A stretch of DNA of 28,941 nucleotides from Candidatus Dormiibacterota bacterium. GTDB taxonomy: Bacteria; Chloroflexota; Dormibacteria; Aeolococcales; Bog-877. The notes beneath the pieces are model-generated. The model ran no database searches and was not told the origin of the DNA. It was given only the letters and a program-made list of their open reading frames with translations. The stretch is taken from contig DATDII010000192.1 in NCBI GenBank assembly GCA_036521135.1, positions 1 to 28,941 of the forward strand. Reading direction: 5' to 3'. Shown here one piece after another: positions 25,067 to 28,941 of the stretch (within the stretch, counting starts at the first letter, position 1; every line of letters begins with the position of its first letter). The translations under genes were made by a program, and so were the position numbers.

Positions 25067-25072
25067 CGGCCG

Positions 25073-25078
25073 AGTTTA
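25073..25078 (-). promoter_or_regulatory. Putative -10 box (TAAACT) of leaderless marR-ABC transcript
   Basis: TANNNT 6 nt before GTG 25066. Confidence 0.55.
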
Positions 25079-25135
25079 GCCGATTGGTTCGGCCATTGAA
25101 CTATCCCGGGGCGCCGGTTCAGGCCGTGGCAGCGC

Positions 25136-25549
25136 TCACTTAGGGACTAGGGCGACGACCGGGATCCGGCGCTCGGTCTTCTCCTGGTACTCGGCGAACC
25201 CAGGGAAGAGGCTCGCCTGGCGCGCGTACTTTTCATCCCGCTCCGCCCCGGTCAGCTCGGTCGCCGAGACCTCGATGGTCTGGTCGTCCACCTCGACCGA
25301 GGCATCGGGGTGGGCGATGAGGTTGTGGTACCAGGAGGGGTTGGTGGGCGCACCGGCCTTGGAGGCGAAGACCAGGTAGCGCTCCCCGTCGCGCAGGTAC
25401 ATCACTGGATGGATCCTGGGCTCGCCGCTGCGGGCGCCCCTGGTGTGGAGGAGGAGCAGGGGCGCCCCTTCGAAGCCGCCTCCCACCTTGCCCCCGTTGG
25501 ACCGGAACTCCTTGATCACCGTGGTGTTGAAGTCTTCGGCTGGGCTCAT
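25136..25549 (-). CDS. Deazaflavin (F420)-dependent nitroreductase/oxidoreductase (DDN family)
   Basis: FN..VI.EFR.NGG.VGG.FEG.PLLLLHT.GARSG..R..P, ASKAGAP.NP.WYHNL, YQ.KT.R.IPVV. SD GGGAGG. Confidence 0.93.
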   Translation of the reverse strand: MSPAEDFNTTVIKEFRSNGGKVGGGFEGAPLLLLHTRGARSGEPRIHPVMYLRDGERYLVFASKAGAPTNPSWYHNLIAHPDASVEVDDQTIEVSATELTGAERDEKYARQASLFPGFAEYQEKTERRIPVVALVPK

Positions 25550-25649
25550 CTGGTGTGGACCTCCCTGGCGGACGCTGGCGACTCTCTGACCTAGCCTACC
25601 GGCCGGGCTCCCCGGGCGGGTCCGCCCTCGGAGGGATCGAAAGTCCGGC

Positions 25650-27146
25650 TCAGCCGGCCCGGAGGAAGGCGACCCTTCCGCCGACCACGGTCGCGTTCAC
25701 GGCGCCGTCGCCGACCACGGTCAGGTCGCACCGGTAACCGGGGGCGAGCTGGCCGCACTCTCGCTCCATGCCGGCGGCAAACGCGAGACCGGTGGTGTAC
25801 CCGGCCAGGGCCTGCGCCTCGGTGAGAGCCTGGTCCGGGTACCAGTCGGCGCGGGCCCGCCAGCTGGTCGCAGCGTCGATGCCGAGGAGCGGGTCGGGCG
25901 ACTCGCCCGGGGCGTCGGACCCGAAGGCGAGGGGCACCCCGGCCCGGGCCAGGCCGGCCCACGAGTAGGCGTGGGCTGCGGTCGGACCCCAGACGGCGTC
26001 GGCAGTCTCGCGGTCGCTGACCGCGTGCAGCGGCTGCATCGAGGCGACCGCCCCGGTGCTCCGAAATCGGGCCAGGTCACCCTCCTCGACGCACTGGGCG
26101 TGCTCGATCCGAGGCCGCCACAGGGGCCAGGGGGTGGGGTGGCGCTCGAGGGCGGTCAGGGCCCGCCGGACCGCACCGTCGCCGATCGCGTGCAGGCAGA
26201 GGTTGAGCTCAGCCGCCTGGCAGCGCTCGATCAAGTGGTCCAGCTCGGGGTCGGGGATCCGGGCGACCCCGCTGCCGTCCAGCATCTCCGCGGTCAAGCT
26301 TCCGAGGGAGCCGTCGAGGAAGGCCTTGATCCCCCAGATACGGAGCAGGGGACCGCCGAAGCCGCTGCGGATGCCGACCCGCTCGGCGTCCCCGAGCGTC
26401 CCGACCGGGAGGTTGACCACCACCCGCAGGGGCAGGCGGCCCTCGGCCTGGAGCCGCTGCAGGCAGAAGAGGGTCTCGCTCGGATCCATCGTGTGCAGGG
26501 AGCAGAGGCCGAAGGCCGCGAGGTCGGCCAGGACCGCCTCGAGCAGGCGCAGGTACTCCGACCGCCCGGGCCGGGGGAGGATGTCGGTGAAGAGCTGGCC
26601 CGCCTCGCGGACGATCCCGCTGGGATTCCCATCCCCCTCGCGGTCGATCAGCCCGTCGGGCGGGTCCGGGGTCGCCTTGGTGATCCCGGCCCGGGAGAGG
26701 GCCGCGCTGCTGGCCCAGAGCGAGTGTTCGTCCTTGCTGGCGAGCAGGACCGGCCGACCTCCTCCCGCCTGGTCGAGGTCGTGGCGGCTTGGCCATCTGG
26801 GCTCGGGCCAGAGGCTGCGGTTCCAGCCCCGGCCAAGGATCCACCCGTCGGGGGGAGCCGAAGCCGTGGCCCGCCGCACCTGCTCAAGCACCTCCGCCAG
26901 CGACCGAGTCCGGTGGAGGTCGAGGCCGACCCGGAGATGCACCAGCTCGTCAAGGTGGATGTGGGAGTCCCCGAGCCCAGGGAGGGTTTGGCCCGCCAGC
27001 TCGACCACCTGGGTGCCGGCCGGAGCCGCCGCCCGGGCCCCGGGTCCGACGGCGAGGATCCAGCCGCGACCGTCCGCGAGCACGTTGGGCTCGCAGCCGA
27101 CGAAGAGGGTCGAGGGGATGCCGGCAGAGGAGGTCATCGCCGTCAT
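25650..27146 (-). CDS. YtcJ-like metal-dependent amidohydrolase (Amidohydro_3)
   Basis: PGLGDSHIH, KAFLDGSLGS, LHAIGD, RIEHAQ, SMQP.H, FGSDAP. Confidence 0.9.
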   Translation of the reverse strand: MTAMTSSAGIPSTLFVGCEPNVLADGRGWILAVGPGARAAAPAGTQVVELAGQTLPGLGDSHIHLDELVHLRVGLDLHRTRSLAEVLEQVRRATASAPPDGWILGRGWNRSLWPEPRWPSRHDLDQAGGGRPVLLASKDEHSLWASSAALSRAGITKATPDPPDGLIDREGDGNPSGIVREAGQLFTDILPRPGRSEYLRLLEAVLADLAAFGLCSLHTMDPSETLFCLQRLQAEGRLPLRVVVNLPVGTLGDAERVGIRSGFGGPLLRIWGIKAFLDGSLGSLTAEMLDGSGVARIPDPELDHLIERCQAAELNLCLHAIGDGAVRRALTALERHPTPWPLWRPRIEHAQCVEEGDLARFRSTGAVASMQPLHAVSDRETADAVWGPTAAHAYSWAGLARAGVPLAFGSDAPGESPDPLLGIDAATSWRARADWYPDQALTEAQALAGYTTGLAFAAGMERECGQLAPGYRCDLTVVGDGAVNATVVGGRVAFLRAG

Positions 27147-27188
27147 TCTGAGGCCCCGATCAAACTCCTCGTCCCCGCCCAGGCCGGG

Positions 27189-27929
27189 CTAGGCGGCGTG
27201 GCCGCGGTGGCTCGCTTCGGACTCGCCGGGCGAGCGCGGCCGGGACCGCTGCGCGGGCAGGGCAGTAGCCCCATCGGCCGCCGACCGGGAGCGCCACCGG
27301 GGCCAGGCCAGGGCCAGGAAGAGGAGCGGGCAGACGAACCAGGCACCCACCACGTACCAGGGCCACGGTCCCATCACCAGGAGCGGGCTCCAGCTGGTTG
27401 GAGGCTGGCGCAGGAAGAGGTAGTCGCCGTGGACGGCCCAGTTGGCTGCGCCGGCCAGCACCGCCAGGGCCATGGTGGCCAGCCAGGCTCCGCCGACCGA
27501 GCGCCAGCCCAGGCTTCGCGCGGATCCGCCTGCCAGGCAGATGGCCCCGAGCAGCAGGGCCCAGTGGTTGGCATAGAAGGCAAAGTAGAGCGGGGAGGGA
27601 CTGGCCGCTCCGATGGCGGGGAAGGCCAGGCCCAGGGTGCCGGCAGGGGCACCCCAGAGGTAGCCGAGGTCGGCCCACGGTGACGGCCGGGCCCTGACCA
27701 GCGCCCAGATCACGACCAGGCTGCTCACGTCGGACAGCTGCAAGGGCAGGTTGTGGGCGGGCGACCAGGTGCCGGTGAAGGCGGGATAGAGGAGGTTGGT
27801 GGCCTCGCTGGCGGCGAGCACGGTGGCGAGTCCGATCCGAATCGACTGAGCCAGCAGGTCGATTCGGCCAGAGGGCTGCCGCCCCCGCGCTGCGGGTGGT
27901 AGCGGGAGCTCGGCGACTCGCCCCAGCAC
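27189..27929 (-). CDS. YwaF-family (TIGR02206-like) integral membrane protein
   Basis: LPLQLSD, GYLWG, N…GDYLFLRQPP…LLVMGPWPWYV. Start uncertain. Confidence 0.78.
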   Translation of the reverse strand: MLGRVAELPLPPAARGRQPSGRIDLLAQSIRIGLATVLAASEATNLLYPAFTGTWSPAHNLPLQLSDVSSLVVIWALVRARPSPWADLGYLWGAPAGTLGLAFPAIGAASPSPLYFAFYANHWALLLGAICLAGGSARSLGWRSVGGAWLATMALAVLAGAANWAVHGDYLFLRQPPTSWSPLLVMGPWPWYVVGAWFVCPLLFLALAWPRWRSRSAADGATALPAQRSRPRSPGESEASHRGHAA

Positions 27930-27940
27930 CCGGGCTGCCG

Positions 27941-28681
27941 CTAGCTCGGGGACAGGGGCCGGGACACAGTCCCAATCCGGGCTTCGAGCGACCCGTTGTC
28001 GTCACCGAGGACCACCTGGAGGTGAAGGCGCGTGAGACGGTCCGCCTCGGTCGGGTCGGCGGCGGCGATCGCCCGGGCCAGCTCGGAGTGGGGCACGGCC
28101 GATGTGCTCCTGGTGAGGTCCCCATCACTGAGGGCGACCAGCCGGTATCGGCTGAGCCTCTCCCAGAGCTGGGCCAGCGCGACCGAGAGGACGGTGTTGT
28201 TGGCCATCTCATGGATCAGGCGGTGAAACTCGAGGTGGGCCTCGTGCCAGGCCAGGAGGTCGGCGCTGGGCTGGAACTCTGCTCGGAGGACGAGCGCACG
28301 GCGCTGCTTGGCGGTCGCCGCGGTAGCCGCCAGGCTGGCCGCGAAGGGGTCGAGCTGGAGTCGCACCTGGCGCAGCTCGACGAGCTCCCTCAGGGTCAGG
28401 GGTACCACGCAGACGGTCTTGTCGCTCCGGACCTCGAGTAGGCGCTCGCCCTCGAGCCTCCTCATCGCCTCGCGCAGCGGCGTGACCGAGACCCCCAGAG
28501 TCAGCGCCAGGGTCTCCTGGTTGAGGGCTGACCCAGCGGGCAAGGACCCGTCCAGGATCCGCGAGCGGAGCTCGGCGTAGGTCGCCTCGCTCTTGGTCAT
28601 GACCTTGACCCTTCCGAGAAGGCCACCGATGGTGCTGGGCGCAGCAATCGAGTGCTCCGCCACGGCGGTCTCGTCAGGCAT
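27941..28681 (-). CDS. GntR family regulator (FCD domain)
   Basis: TYAELRSRILDG.LP.G..L…LGVS.TPLREAMRRLEGE; FCD-like HLEFH…N..L…H. -10-like TACACT 8 nt before ATG 28681; alternative start ATG 28600. Confidence 0.92.
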   Translation of the reverse strand: MPDETAVAEHSIAAPSTIGGLLGRVKVMTKSEATYAELRSRILDGSLPAGSALNQETLALTLGVSVTPLREAMRRLEGERLLEVRSDKTVCVVPLTLRELVELRQVRLQLDPFAASLAATAATAKQRRALVLRAEFQPSADLLAWHEAHLEFHRLIHEMANNTVLSVALAQLWERLSRYRLVALSDGDLTRSTSAVPHSELARAIAAADPTEADRLTRLHLQVVLGDDNGSLEARIGTVSRPLSPS

Positions 28682-28898
28682 GGCGGCTCAGTGTACGGGG
28701 CGAACGGGCAATCCAGGCCAATCGGCCGGCACAACGAGTCTCAAGGTCTCCCAGCGGAGGAGCTGGACGGGTCAGCTCACCCGTCGGCCGCGCTCCCCAG
28801 GACCTCGCCGAACGCGGCTCAGGCAGCAACTCCCCAGAAAGTGGTTTCATTGGCTTTGGATGGTCCTGACGACCAGCTCGGAGGGATCGGGACTAGCG

Positions 28899-28941
28899 CT
28901 AGGGCAGATCGTACTTCAGACCATCGACCGGGCTCCCGCTG
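28899..28941 (-). CDS. Possible 3' end of a CDS entering from the right edge (…SGSPVDGLKYDLP*)
   Basis: Open frame to TAG at 28901-28899 with G/C in most third positions. Too short to assign. Confidence 0.3.
   Translation of the reverse strand, partial: SGSPVDGLKYDLP

Noticed and set aside
202-27683. Long opposite-strand or alternate-frame ORFs (e.g. 202-1956+, 4857-6035+, 9034-10407+, 15316-16836-, 21321-23126+, 23095-24675-, 25971-27683+)
   Set aside because: Shadow ORFs expected at this GC content. They overlap motif-supported genes, are Arg/Pro/Gly-rich or mirror the codon bias of the real gene, and carry no recognisable domains.
1-28941. tRNA/rRNA genes, CRISPR arrays, IS/integrase/phage genes, REP-like repeat families
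   Set aside because: None seen by eye. GC hairpins in spacers (e.g. about 14520-14534) do not recur as a family.

Overview
Very GC-rich (roughly 70%+) bacterial window of about 29 mostly housekeeping or accessory CDSs. I found no tRNA, rRNA, CRISPR array or mobile element. The gene mix (F420-dependent DDN reductase, Rv0958/0959-like AAA+/vWA pair, many leaderless genes, plant-like ATCase) suggests a Terrabacteria lineage such as Dormibacterota, Chloroflexota or Actinomycetota; this is inference only. Left end: a PyrR-binding leader precedes pyrB and the 5' end of pyrR, with a DnaJ-family gene upstream. The most interesting part is 2302-7206: a minus-strand run of NlpC/P60 peptidase, divergent MurD-like ligase, threonine-synthase-like PLP enzyme and atypical ATP-grasp ligase. 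A LysW-like zinc-ribbon carrier protein ending in Lys (…FEDEEK, not EDWGE) sits antisense inside this run. This is a candidate uncharacterised carrier-protein-dependent pathway linked to peptidoglycan. The rest holds a DUF1444-like protein, a vWA/AAA+ pair, comB-like phosphatase, CMD/AhpD, mscL with a C-terminal Cys4 motif, SIP, GNAT, a uORF-coupled minimal M50-like protease, AI-2E transporter, ydbST-like pair, cupin, and a gntR-ywaF-amidohydrolase-ddn-marR-fused ABC exporter run. All family calls come from motif recognition by eye, not database searches.
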